Below, one piece after another: positions 38,101 through 51,857 of a stretch of 64,000 nucleotides of DNA (position 1 is its first letter; each line of letters starts with the position of its first letter). Source of the stretch: Takakia lepidozioides (taxonomy: Eukaryota; Plantae; Bryophyta); contig CM060733.1 of NCBI GenBank assembly GCA_030704615.1, positions 49,166,001 to 49,230,000 of the forward strand, given 5' to 3'. The notes beneath the pieces were generated by a model. The model was not told the DNA's origin. It did no database searches and worked only from the letters and a program-made list of their open reading frames with translations. Position numbers and translations under genes: made by a program.

Positions 38101-38183
38101 AGGACCACATCACATACCATATTTGGCTTTCCCTATTTTGGCACAACTTCAACTTTTTGACCATGCCTGGGTTTCTTCTCTAG
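35166..38183 (+). CDS. UbiA-superfamily intramembrane prenyltransferase/terpene-cyclase-like gene, microbial type, possibly degenerating; exons ~35166-35473, 36001-36226, 36677-(36756 or 36816), (37142 or 37161)-37241, 37319-37530, 37877-37889, 38088-38183
   Basis: YLYTFNLANQYVGGPDDLIDKPWRPVASGLVS (motif I), Q|DFRDVAGDTKIGRRTFPMIFG (motif II), and C-terminal LAYRVLEKNPELQDHITYHIW, with hydrophobic helices and GT-AG introns. The middle exons are ambiguous and show apparent frameshifts. Confidence 0.75.
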
Positions 38184-40603
38184 CTTCAGTAGCTCTTCAG
38201 TAGCAGACAACCGGAGCTCTCACGGATGCAACTCAAGGATGCAAGTCCACAATTTTGTGATATAACAGTGAGACAATACTGTCCAGTCTCAAGGACAATC
38301 AGAGGGTATCTTGTATCGTCAGCTACTCATGGCCGAGGTCGCACCAACCCGCGCATGAACAGAAACAGTGCTCGTGATCTGCCAACTTGCACCGGCATCG
38401 TCGATGCTGATCGGATCAGCAGCTGTTTGGGCTTATGATGTTGTTATGATAACACTGTAAGACCCCATTGAATATGTATACGATATAAATCCTCTCATGC
38501 CCCTAAATTTTTTTCCAAGGAATATATAGAAGCTCTAGTCTATGTTATTAGTAGCCTGTGCAGTTGGCCCAAGTGTCCAGTGTCATCTAAAGTCCAAGTG
38601 CAAATCCCCTATGTAGAGGCCCATGCTTGAAGAATTGAAAACAAAACCAAACAAACAAATGCATGCAATTAATAAATACTGTGTGATCTTCCAGATTCTT
38701 ACTATCTATTCATAATTACTTGAGGGCCGGGGTTGGGTGAGAAAGGGGGACAAGCCCAATAAGCATTGTTTTTGCTTTTTTTTTTTTTTAAACATTTAGA
38801 AAAGGAACAGGGGACAAGGCCTATTTTTCATCTCCAATGTCTATCACAGGCCAACAAAGATAGGACAGCCCTGACTGAATTCTGCAACATCGCACAGAAC
38901 CATGGAGTAGACTACTACCACACTAAAGAAGCATCCATTGCATGATATTTGTGTGATCACTCTTGACTTCACAGCGCAAGATGATACAGTCTTGAATGTC
39001 ACTCTCAGAGGCCTGCAGCCAAGTCAGTGGACAGCACTTCATAGAACAAGTGACATATCGCTCACTGCGAAAAATGTATGTAAGATTAACAAGATGTTCA
39101 TTGTAATCGTAGTTAGAAATTCAACCTAAATTATCCCCACTAATAATCTTCCCAGTTTAAGACATGAGAGTACGAGGATGGCCATCTTTGACCCCTGGCA
39201 TTTCCTGCAGTGTAGAAAGTGTTGCAGGCATATTGTTCTATCTCTGTTGCTAGAAATACCCCAGATTAGTCATATGTGTATGGAAAAGGGTGTTTATGCA
39301 GGAATCTAGGCATGTGAATGTGCATGTATATACACACATACACATGAAGTCTTGGCAGGCCTGACTGCCCCGCACACCATTTAGTGCCCCATGGAATGGA
39401 TGCCTGTCAATAGAGAAGCACTTCCACATCAAAGGCTGATATGTCATGTTAATAGCTCAGGACACCTATACAGTAGTAGTCATTGGACTGACATGTTTCA
39501 TAGCAGTGCATCAGACCCACACAAATGAAGTACATATGCATGTGTGTATTCTTATATACATTTCAACACCAGTTCCCCTGCTCTCCCACCAGTCCAACTG
39601 ATGCAATCGGAACAACCGATGCACAGATCTATTGGCCACAATGCTAGCACAAAGTACATGAGGTATTGAGAAACATGTGTTAGTGTGTGGATGTTAGTTC
39701 AACAAACCAGGGCAGCCTCCAGGCAGAGAACTGCCTAAAAGGCAGAGACTTTGACAAGCATCCACATCAAGAGAGAGCTGTAGGCCTCCACCTCTCCCAG
39801 CCCCCTCTCGACTAAGTTTACCTCATCCTCTTGCATAGCCTCCAACCCTTCCCTAAGGATTCCCAAAGAACCAACATCGAAATTCAAAGGTGAGTCGTAT
39901 TACCCGCCTTCCACCTTCATGTGCTATATCATAACCTTTCGGTCATAATTTTCTAAGGAATTTGAGAAAAGCCCAAGCTTGCAGTTTGCTACCACACCAC
40001 CAGGAAAATAATCCACACTGCTATCCTTGTGTCAATGCCCCACAAAACAGAAAAGGCCTAAAGGGTACAGATTGAAAGACAACTATGACCTTCATACAGA
40101 CAGAATGCAGGGAGTGCACGAGAAAGAATCAGGGAGCGAAAATAATACTTCGTATTGCGGAACTTCTAAACCCCATAAGACGTGCCTACCATTTTGTGTC
40201 CTAGGCACAGAGATCTACAGTGACAAATCAAGCCTCTTCACTGAGAGCTCTGTGGATTATCACAAATTGTCGTCGAACAGAAGAGGTCAGTCTGAGCTCC
40301 TAAAGATCCTAGTTCCATAACGGTGCATACTTTCTTCCCTGTTACAGCCTGTGATGTCTTGCAAAATGAACACTTTTGATGGAAGGAAGATACACACAGT
40401 ACCACCGATCATTCACAGGAACTAATCAATCTCATTTAACAGGATTTGCAGTTTGCTACAACTTTCTAAGACTAGCCGTGGACTCTTCTATCAAAATACC
40501 AGATCACTGTGCTACAAATCAAGATGACAGAAACTTCAGTTTCACAGTTGGTGGCCCCTGATTTCCATAGACTGAGAAATTTCAATAAAAATTCCTATGA
40601 CCC

Positions 40604-43323
40604 TCACCAGCCACGTGTAGTTCGCTGGCGGTTTCGGGTATTGTATGCCGGTGGAGGAAGATCTTGATCTTGTTCAGGTGGAACAGGACGATCTGCATTA
40701 TTATCCACAACATCATAGTCTGGCTCCTCTTCCTCCTCTAGCATTGCTGAGCGGGAACTTAGACGTGAGACGCCTGAAACTGGAGGATATAGCCCTGCAC
40801 CAGGATGAGGACTGGGTCCCGCATAGGCCCCTGGGCCTGGGTAAGGAGGTGGCGCTGCTGGGTACCCAGCACCAGCAACTGGCCCAGTAAAACCTGGGGG
40901 AGGTGGTGGTGGCTGGAACATCTGAGATCCACCCTACATAAGACAAGAAAACACACATTTAGCAGGAGGGAAAGAGAGAGGAAGAAAAGAGATGAAATGA
41001 TAATCTGCAATCATTTTGCATAACAAGAAGAGCTTTGCAGCCATACACTCTACCACTTCCGACTGACTGGACAATCTCTCATTGCATGACTTGACAGAGA
41101 CAATGCTGGTATATGTACACAGATATCTTTCACATTCTTCCCTCATATGAACTCTTTGAAGGAAATACCTGACAAGGCCTCACAACCTCAGCTCCCATCA
41201 CACCTTCAGAGCATAAGAGGTCAGACAGAGAGAAAGAGAGAATGTACTTAATGACTTCCCCTGTGGCTGTTGGCTATGAAATACCCAAGACAAGACCTGA
41301 GAGAGAGAGCTGAGCCGGACCCCGAGGGGGGTACCTGAGAGGGAACCCGAATAGGACCCTGTTGGGGAACAGGCCCAGATTGAGGCCTGTTGGACTGAGC
41401 AGCAACATACTGCAGAAGCTCAAAGAAGCGAGCCTGCACATACACAGAAATACGTTGCCACCAGAAGAAGGCCACATCACCGGCCCTAGTCCTCAACTCG
41501 TTCAGATTGCGATCTATCTCCGGCTCGTGCTTTGCAACAAATGGTCTCAAGAATGTTGAATACACATACGTAGTTCCCTGCACAACACACTCCACATAAG
41601 ACCCAATATGCACGTCCACCTAGAGCTATATCCAGAAGAAAGGAAGTACAGATATATAGAAACCAAAAATCTACGCACACACCTTGGTCTTCGGATACCA
41701 GAGATAAATGATGAAGGCAAGCTTCGCCTCGCTATACATGGGTACCCTGATACAAACCATGAAGATAAATGAGGGAAAAGGAAACACCTTCATATCCTTT
41801 CCCATTGCCAAACCTTCACCCATAAGTTAAATCTAAGGAACATCTTTGTAACACCTTGTATCGGTAAGCTTCATTCATCATGCAATTTATTTACCCCTAA
41901 CTTCTTAGAAGCAAAACAAACTTGACCCGCTAGAAGGAGCATAGTCTATAATGATGGTCAGTGCTACTCTTCTGAGAAAAAGGAGATACCATGAGATAAG
42001 TGCATCTCCCACCCGCTCCAGCACAGTCACCACTGCAATGATCATCCTGTAATACATAAACCCTTTCCCTCCATCATTCGCTCCCTGACATAACTGCCAT
42101 GAATATCCTTAAAATGCAAATCCAACTTACAGTGACCTACTCCTACGTACAGAAATAGCAAGACAGCCATTCAGATTAGAGAGCACAAGAAGTGGAGACG
42201 ACACCCCGTTAGAGAGGGGGAGTTTGAAAAAGAACGAAACAATGCAGTTCAAAACAATTAAAGACTAGCAACTGAATTCTATCAAATGACAGATGCAAAA
42301 GTATGTGCACACTTGAGAGCCCCGTATGGTTCAGCTGAGGCATGGGACTGTGGTGATGCACAGGGTTCTTGGGGATGACTTCCTCAAGAGGTGATGAGGT
42401 GGATTGTGAAGGACTCGAAGTATGTAATCTCTACAGAAATAAATAAACACCACAAAACGCCCGCAGCCAACTGATGCTTTCTAACTAGGAGACAAGAAAA
42501 GTTGTCATGGTAAGAGGCCTGCATGCATTGCTTATTACTTGCCTAATTATCTTCATGCACCTGATATCAACCCAGTTGCACAAATGAATCTCCTCGACTT
42601 ATTCTACTTTTGGAATTGCTTCTCCACACATTTCTCACCAGCGCAACTCGACCTTAAAGCATGTTCAACAAGACGAATAACCTGCAGGCAAAAGGGTTGC
42701 CAGGCAGGGTTTGCCAAGAGGCAATCACTAAGCCCTCCATTTTCTCTAACCCTAATTCGAGGTCAGTCACAGATGAGGCCTGAATCTGCAGCTAAAGTAT
42801 GTGCAGATCAAAGAAGTGGAAAGTGAGTGAAATTTGACGGACTTACTCCCCACTCACAATGCTCTCCTGGTACACTTTCCAGATTGGGGAAAACAGGAGC
42901 GAAGTGGCATACCAATATTCACACCAAAAGCGTAAGTGCTCCAAATCTGGTTTCCTCCTCTCCACAATCTTGAAACACTCATATGCTGGGTAGACATAGC
43001 CCAACACCATGCTGCAGAAAACATCAAAACCCATAAGCACCCCCAAAATGAATTGTTACCTGCTTTATGGATACAACACGCCACAATAATATAGAAATAA
43101 ATGAGAAGACAAGACCCCGTCTTTATTTATCTTCGGCTCCAAAGATCACTCTGACCATTCAAACAGGGATATAAGAAACAGGAAATTTCCACCACCTGCT
43201 CCAAATTTCACACTTCTAGCGTAATGCATGGAGAGACGATGGAATGGGAATAGGACCAGAGGTAGGGGGGGGAGAGAGGGCAGTTCCTCACATGATGCCT
43301 CTTGTAATGAATGACCCCATCAT
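40604..43323 (-). CDS. HVA22-like (REEP/TB2-DP1) protein with Pro-rich tail, ~274 aa; exons 43323-43292, 43011-42913, 42046-41990, 41746-41683, 41577-41335, 40933-40604
   Basis: MMGSFITRGII-MVLGYVYPAYECFK...LRFWCEYW-MIIAVVTVLERVGDALISW-VPMYSEAKLAFIIYLWYPKTK-GTTYVYSTFLRPFVAKHEPEID. The GT-AG phases are consistent. Confidence 0.93.
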
Positions 43324-45294
43324 GTTGGCTCTCCGAAACTGCAGATGTCACTCGTTTCCAGAGTCGTGAAGTTTCGGATATAGTGAAGAACAGGACCCGC
43401 TCACAGTTTGAAACGGATCCTGTTTCTGCGATGGCTGAAGATGGAGTGAATTTACTCCTCACAAGCCCCTAGAGTTCCCTCACGGTCATCTGTGTTTACC
43501 ACAAAAGACCTGATAAGGCCCTCCTTCCGCAAGCGTCTTTCGACGAAACAAAAGGAAATATTCTTCAATAATTCAAAGACATGGCAGTTTCAGTAACTGC
43601 GACCCTATCGGGGCAACTTCCAACTCTCAAAATTACCTCCCTTAAATGTTGCTAAAATATGCTCCTACACATACATAAAAATGCCTCAAATGCCTCGGCA
43701 TTCTTCAGGCAGAGAGTGCTCCTCCTCCGCTCCCCCTCCTAAAACCCTCTCCGGTTTCATTCCAAACCTAACACCGGGATGTCCCCTGCAAACACGGACT
43801 TGTCAACAAACCCCCGTGTGTTGCAGGTTGCATTCAGTGTTGGACTCCGCTACAATCGCCAGGTCTTTGCCTCCTTTCTATCCAACATCCATAAACACCA
43901 CCAAGTTGACGTCTCCTTGACTTCCTAGCAATCTCTCCCTCTCTCAGGTCTCACTAGCAACGATTTGTCGCTGTCTGGAAAGCTCTAGCATCTCCGCAGG
44001 CCTTGCGAGAGGCCCACAGGCAAGGATTTTCTTGCCCGCTGTCGACAATTCACTGATTCCCGGGAAGACAACAAACTCGGGTTTTTCAAACCACACCCGT
44101 GGCTTATCGTATGCAGTGCCCGTTAACCTGCCCACCACCGCCTACCGCCAGTTGCCTACTCAGGTCATAAACACCATAAGCATTGATTATCCTCTTCTTT
44201 CACAGAAATCCTCCATCCTTCCGTAATACCCGCTGAATACCGTTGGATGGAGAATCCAATGGTCGGGAGATACCAGGTAAAAGATCCGGCCCACTTCGAA
44301 TCCCCCGCCAAGCGGCGTATGCACTGGCATTTGTCGGTCATGCCCCTAGTACCTACTGGAGCAACGATTACGTCTAGATGCATGACCGGGTAGGGCCGGT
44401 GGGAGCGGTCGCCGGTGAACCGTTGTCTACACGGCACAGTTTTAGGCGGGAGTGGACACACACCACCAGAGTATTGTGGCGGTGTGGCGATTGACTGGCG
44501 AAATGGCTAAACCCTAGCGTGTGTTTAGGGCTACGTCACCTACCATTCGCTTGGTCCTCGGTCTGCAACCGTTATTTCCCAACGGCCCACTGCAGCCTCA
44601 TCAAGAGCTCTCCAGGCGTGGAGGAATCGGAACGAAGATGAGTTTGCATTTGTCGATTGATCATGTGATTGTCAGTTGATCTGAGGTGAACTGTTCTGGT
44701 CCAGATTATTGATAGGCTGATGTGTCCGTGCTGTGTCGAAAGCTGCTTCAGCGATGTGAGAGAGAGTTTGCCTCGGATTGGAAGACCGTTGCGATAATGT
44801 TGTGTTGGTCACGGGGGGTTGAAGTATTGGCCTTCTGTGGTCGGCATTCTGTCGCTCGCATGCAAAGATGTGCGAAAAGTTTAACCACGAGAATTTGCCG
44901 GAAGCAGTCGGTGACACAGTGATGGGACTGTCAGTTTCAACCGACCATAAGGAAAGGTAAGATATAGAGACAGATAAGAGCCAGATTATGAACCAACGCA
45001 GCACGATCCGTTGCTGGAATTGGTTGGTTGTTCTTGAAGAATAGGTAAGTTAATCTTCATCATAACCACTGGAAAGCATTCTATAAGCAAACAAATGTAA
45101 GCCCGAATTCCACTCCGCGCGTATTTCAACTTGAAAACCTTAATTACGGGCATTGTGTGAGGATCTCCTACCTGCGTTTCATCCATGCAAATGAGTATAA
45201 CAAGAGCCAGCAATGAATATGTAGTTGAACTTAAACATTATACGGCAATTGTTCGGTTATCTAATGTTACCAAGGTCCTCGTTTCCTTGTACAA

Positions 45295-48200
45295 ATGAGT
45301 ATGGCGCTGTACCACCTTTGTAGACGTTTTGATCATCATTTGCTATTCTGTGTCCTCTTGTTGATTAGATCATTGTCCGTATGGACACGGGTTGGTACAC
45401 GTTCTATATGTGCATTATCAATTCCATCAGTAAATCTAAATCCTGGAGCTGCCATTAGGTTGCAATTGCTGAACCGCAAGCTCATGAAACTGTCTCCAAG
45501 ACCTTTGGCAAGTGATACGCATGTGAGGGCAATCGCCTTGGCAGGCATTCACGAAACAGACAACGACACCAAGATACCCGTCCGTGATGACTGCTCTAGT
45601 GAAGATACGTATTGCTCACAACCATGTTGTGGTCTTGAATACCATGAGAACAACTCTGGCAGCGTTCAGATCCCACAGGAGATGCCAAGTGAAGGCAGAT
45701 ACGTCAAGATACAGGGTGGCATGCCAAGGAGCCATCCAGAAGGAGGGTTGGTTGTCGAAACCACTGAAGTATATTGCTCAGATCCAGAAGACTTGTTGGT
45801 AACAGAGAGGTTGCAAACTCCCAAAACCATCGATACAAGATTGAAGAGCTCCGAGATAGATGCCTGGATTGAGAAACAGTTTGGACTGGATGACAAAGGC
45901 GACTGTATAGCTCTCTGCAATAATGAACGTGAGCTAATTGGAAAGAGCTGTCTTAATCTCAATTTTGAGATGGAGATCGCAAGGTCATTACATGATGAGG
46001 CAGAAGATAGAGAGAAGGAAGGAGCAGCTGGGTCGACGGAGACGAGGGAGGATGGGGTGCACAGAGACTTTCTGGTCTCAAACATGTCTGTCGAAACAGG
46101 TCTCGCTTCTATGGCCTCAGGTGACATGATATATCCGTCAAAGCACGTGGAACAGGGAGATCATGGTCCCGAGAATACAACAGTTTCAACAGAAAATCGT
46201 AGGCCTGATCGAGACTTCATACCCGGCGACGACGATCATCCGGTCGATTTTCTGGTCTCAAACATGTCAATTGAAATAGATCTTGCTTCTTCAGTCTTAC
46301 GGGACACGACATATTCAACAAAGGATATGGAACAGGAGCATCATGGTCTAGAGGACATGACATTTTCAACAGAAGTTCATAGGCGTGATCGCGACTTCAC
46401 ATACGGTGACTGTGATCCTCCACTCGCCTCCTGCAGTCTTCCCGAGAGGACGGACAGCACAGATAAAGTAAAAGAGGACCAATTTGAACTGGATTATACC
46501 ATGTATGATGAGGATGAGATACTCGGAGATTATGATAATCTGTCTGAGAGCTCTGAAGACGGTGAGGATGAGTTGACTCTGAAAGAACTACGTGCTTTGA
46601 ACAAAAATAGGGAGTTGATGAGTATTAGCACATCTAATCCTGTATTTGTAGAGACTGGGAACAAAGACAATTTACACGACGTGCCTCTTCAAATATTTGT
46701 CCAGTTGGATTCCGACGATCAAAATGACACCTTTATGATTGAGGAACCATCTCTAAATAGTGGCGATGGGAGTGCTTCGGGGCCGGCATCTCCTTCCAGT
46801 CAGACATCCCCGGCATCACCTTTCTTTTCCTCGATAGACGTGTCGGTATTATTTCAGCAACGCAGTGACTCTGCCCAACACAAGTCGAGCCCAAACTCGT
46901 GCACGGGCTCGGAGGAACAGAGCTATACCCTGAGCCAAAGCTCCGGTCCAACGTCGGAGCTTGACAGTATTCACGATTGGGACCCCCCTACACATGAAGA
47001 AACACACTACGACCACATGGTACGAGGTGGGAAGACCATAGGGGTGGGTGAAGACACAGAGATGGCTGGGTCACTTCAGGTTTCTGGAGAGACCCAGACC
47101 TTCCTGGATGATATGAAGAACAACAGTTCTAGGATGGTTGAGCCAACCTTCCAGCTTCCTCAAGAAACGCAAGCGTTTCTGGATGAAATAAAGAGAAAGA
47201 GTTGCGCTCGCCTTGCAGCTCTCCAACAGGTGATGCACAGGCGTTGCAACTGGTCTAATACTTCTTCTGAGCTTACTGTTTTACCACTCAAGATGATGCA
47301 GCATTGGCCCTCCCCCATCTCTCTGGTCAAAATGTTACCTGTTCAAAGATGGCGCAACTTGCAAGACTCGAAAAAGTAATCTTGCTATAATAATATATTT
47401 GGGTTTTTGTGCGCAGAATTCCTTGGCTTCGGAGGGGATGTCACCTGCGGATTTAAAGATGGAGTAAGCAAGCAAATCTCCTCAATTTCTTGGCACCCCT
47501 TGGAGTTGTCAAATCTCTTCTACAGGCCAGTCAGAGCTGGAAGCAGCACTGGCCGCATGAGATAATTTCTTGAGTATTATATGCCCACCTGATTTTGAGT
47601 TTTCCGTATCCATGTATTTAGCCTCAAAACAACCATCTTTGGCTCTTTGTTTTAGAAGTCGCTCTTTTGCTCTCTTCCCCCAGCCATTTACTCCCCGGCT
47701 GTTACAATTTCTTCCACCATTTCCTCACCAGTCTTCATGGTTTTATGCTTCTTTGCCCCTGGCCTCGACCTCTTTTTTCAATTTCACATCCACAGCACCT
47801 GACTCGCACAAATTCATTTAGCTAGTTGCTAGGTGGTGACAAGCGGATCAATATGGGTTAGGCTGGCAACCATTGAGAAGCTGGACACTGAATTACAAGA
47901 GAAAGAAAAGCAAGCGTGTGCACAGAATGCATCCCCAGTTGGCAGCCAAAGCATTGGAGAGAAGACTCATGCCTCGAAACTCTTACGGTGACCTTACTAT
48001 CTCTGACCAAGAGACTTCTGATGCTACCTCTTCACGTATGGAATGGATTTTGTGCTGTTGTCTTCTGGCATCTATATGGCAACGTCAGTAAGAGAGTGTG
48101 TGGTTCATGTGAGTGGGTTTGTTGTTGTGGGTTGCATCTACAGAGATGAAAGAAAACGACTGAGGCGGCAATTAACAAATAGGGTAACACTCAAAAGTCT

Positions 48201-50341
48201 GGACCAGAATCAACCCCATAGCTCGAGTGGCCACATTTTGCGCAACATTCGACTAGGCCCTCATGCCCGCTATTTCACCCTCACGGTACACACAACGCAT
48301 GGTTTGCTCTCCTCTGGTCTCTGCATCCAAGTTGTAGCCTTTCATTTGCCATATGTTGCGGTGTATCCATGAAAAAGAGAGTCAGTTCGTGGGCAAGTGA
48401 AAAACCAGATTCAATGGGCTGCTCACATTAGTGTGCTTATTTCCGTTTCTGAGATTGGTCTGGTCTGATGTTCAATACCCTCGCCAAAGGGTCACCTCCT
48501 TAAATTGGACCAAATTCCATTCCGAGACTAATGGGTATCACAAGTCAATGGGATTCTGTAACTTGCAGCCAGAGGAGGAGGTCCTTCTGGAGCAGATAAT
48601 GTCACAACCCGATTTTGACAACGACACTAATGACAGCTCCAGCAGTTCCTCTCACATTTCAATGGTGAGAATTCTAATATGTCGGGCAATTTACAGAGCA
48701 TACAGCTCTGCACTCAGCCCACAGGGCCATTGGATGGTTGTGTCTTCACTCTAATGCAGTCATCAAGTTCTGCAATGATTCTTGTTAAAGTTCCCCCTCC
48801 CCACAAAGAGCATCCTGCAAGTTGGCCTGTCCATTTCTCCACTAGCTCTTCAATCTGTAACCATGGATTCATATAGACATGGAAGTAATTTGGATGCTCA
48901 TGTCTCTAAAGGGCTTTGACTTCGAGGGAGAGGAAGCTACGAGGGTCACAGAGATTGAAGCACAACTGGAGCAGTTTCGACATCGAAGCAGCAGTGCCTG
49001 CAGCCTATATGACAAGGAGAATTCTGAAACATCAGTTTATGTCCCATGTGGATTGATTTCACAAGGTAGTTATCTGCTGGAAAATCCTCTTTCCTTTTCA
49101 AGCACTGCTAATTAACAAGCAGCCATCCTGTGGCTGAAGAAAGCTACTTACCTCCTCTACCAAACCTCCTTCAGCACCCATCATTAATTCTTTTAATGCT
49201 TAATTAAGTCACTTACTAAGCATGCACAGTGAGAGATTTTAGACAAAAGGAAGAGAGGAAGTACAAAAGAAGATTTATTAAGTGTTTGGGAGGACTGAAG
49301 GCAAGGGCAAAAAAAAAGAGAGACTCAGGACGCGTCTCTGGAATCTCAAGATGCATTGCAGCATGTGAAATGCAGCGAAAACACCTGGTGGAGCAATATC
49401 ACAGTACAGCTTTTGTCAAGCAAGCAAAGTAAGCAGTGAGACTGAAAAAAACACGAATAGCAGCAGGAAGCAACAGCATGATCAGGCATCTCTTGTGAGC
49501 ACCACAGTCGATGATTACTTGGCAGAGCAAAAGGATCGCCGAACCAACCAGCAAAGGACAGAGGCATGATCACTTGCCTGCATTTTTGTGTTGCACCTGA
49601 TTTCTCGCCATTTATTCAGACAGCCGAGCTACATGTCCACTCCCCTTTAGCTGATTTTAGTTTTCAAACGACTTGGGGTACAACTTTTAGATTCAAGAAG
49701 ATGCCTGCCAGAGCCCCCCACCTGAGCTGTCAGAACCACAACCAACTGTCGCTGTGTGGTGCTTTATCAACCTTATGCTTTGTGGTATGACATCAATGCC
49801 AGCTTGACATACATATATTTGCATATTCAACACCACAAAACCAGACTTCACATCATTAGCAGGGTGTGACTTTTAACATAGTGGACTGAAACCCTTGGAC
49901 CAGCCCCAATAGGTTATATCCCCTGGGGACTATACCTTCAAAGGTAAGTCATAAGCCCACATTCAGAGGGCACTGTTAATCAGTGCATTCTCTCTCTCTC
50001 TCCTCTCAAAAAGCTGCAATAAGTCATGCTTTGTGAATGATTTCAGGAGATAACCAGCTTACTGTGCTCTCACATAGATACATATGATTTCAGGAGATTA
50101 ACAAGAGGCTGAGAGAACTCCAAACAGCACCACTCTGCGCAAGGCTCTCTGAGGAAGAATTGGCCACCCTGGTACGAAAGTGCCGATGTACCCTCCCCTT
50201 AATTTGTAAGCATGCACCTGATTTGATGTTCTGGCAAATTAATGACAAGTTGTAAAGCAAAGCAATTGTGAAATTTTGACATCGGAATTGTGTTTTGGCT
50301 CTCAGATGCTTCAATGCAGATATGAACAGGGGCTTCTGTGA
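45295..50341 (+). CDS. Multi-exon acidic/coiled-coil protein, C-terminus possibly FSIP1-like; start and some exons uncertain
   Basis: A 694-aa open frame with a donor at ~47230, then small GT-AG exons (~47418-47464, ~48144-48183, ~48569-48664, ~48912-49065, ~49230-, ~50094-50171, 50306-50341). These encode PEEEVLLEQIM, GFDFEGEEATRVTEIEAQLEQF and EINKRLRELQ..RLSEEELATL-MLQC. Confidence 0.55.
46066..46422 (+). repeat. In-frame 180-bp (60-aa) tandem duplication
   Basis: DFLVSNMS.E..LAS....D..Y..K..EQ..HG.E..T.STE..R.DRDF..GD.D.P occurs twice, starting at 46066 and 46246. Confidence 0.85.
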
Positions 50342-50849
50342 TGTCTACTCAAAGTGCAATCTCCTCACCACAATATAAGTAAGCTCTCTGTAGGAAGTGC
50401 TTATGTGTGAGGTGTTCACTGTTTTTTTCCTTTGTATTTTCAGGGCGCTCTACACATTCTGACCAGATTGCATTTGAGATGATAAGACTGCTCAATGTTC
50501 CACCGGAGTTGACGCCACGCCAGTAAGTGACTGAATAGAGATTGACTACCGTAACCCAGTTGGTGGTGTGAGATTGGATACATTCCCCATATTTCATTGT
50601 CATCAATCTGTCTGCAGTCCTTCAATACCCGGTGCTTCAGGAAGTGACTTTCGATCGACGTTATAACTTATAACCAAGGTAAGGGCAAAGGCAGCTTACT
50701 CGCAAGCTTCAGTCACTATTTTCTTGGTGTCCAATTGTAGAGGCCCAGCAGGCCCACGTGCTCAAAATATCCGCAGCCCCCGCCTCCCCGCCCCGCAAAA
50801 AAGCACCCCAAATCATGCGGAAGATACAATCAGCCAGATGGGGTATGAC

Positions 50850-51217
50850 GGCTCAGAATTTTGTGTGGCCTCGTCGTTATGAAGCTGGTCAGACGACCGT
50901 CAGGCCGTCTCATTAATATAGGAGCAAACTACCTTCATGCGTCAAGGACTTAGAATTTTTTTGGCATATGAATTTTACAACTACCTCCATGAATAGTTGC
51001 ATACCACCCATGGAGGTAGTTACAGTAAGCACCAACATTGCCATCGACCTACCACCAGACCACAACCTCCGCCATGACAACAGTTGGACGTTTTTTTCGA
51101 TATATAAGAGAAACAGGGGAATAGGGATCCTTTTAATGTAGCGGGGCCGCTGTCAAGTCCCTGTCCCCTCTGCACCGTGCGGCCTCATTACGACGAGGCC
51201 ACACAAAATTCTGAGGC
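50850..51217. mobile_element. Mutator-type MITE (368 bp)
   Basis: ~33-bp TIRs (GGCTCAGAATTTTGTGTGGCCTCGTCGTTATGA / TCATTACGACGAGGCCACACAAAATTCTGAGGC) flanked by a perfect 9-bp TSD GGGTATGAC (50841-50849, 51218-51226). Confidence 0.9.
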
Positions 51218-51857
51218 GGGTATGACTCGCTAGCTATGGCAACCACAACGGTTGCTGAGAATAGGCTGACAGGAAAACAGTGACCCCCAGGTCGCTCTTA
51301 AGTATCTATAAAGCGACACCGCCATAGCATCAGCTTGGGAGTAGCTTCGGAAGACTTAGTTGCAGTGGCCTAATCGTTGTTTAGTGACACCCTGGGTGTA
51401 GCTCGGGCGTATGGCCGACATGCACTATTTCCGGTGCAGTTTTTGGCGAGTGCTTGTAGAGAAATTTCAGTGTTTTTTAATCTGGCAAAAAATCGCCAGA
51501 TTTCGACCTGGAAAATGGGTGAGCTACTGTAATATAGCCACTTTTCTAGCTAGGTCACCTCCTTAGTCTCGCCATATGGGCACCGGGTAGAATCTACATG
51601 TCGCCCTGCCTACGATTTTGGAAAAGTGAAAAAAAAACAAAAAAAACAAAACTAGGGATTGGAACTATATATAGGTTGAAGACGACAACCAAGTTGTAGT
51701 CTTGTGGTAAAGGGCACGTAAAGCACCGCTCGATTTTTTCCTTTATTATTTGACGACCCTCCCCACACGTAACGCCCTTTGGTGTTTCACCCTTTGGTAT
51801 TTTGACGACACCTCCCGTCAAGGAATGCCATGCCAGGATATGGCCTTCCACCACGTG

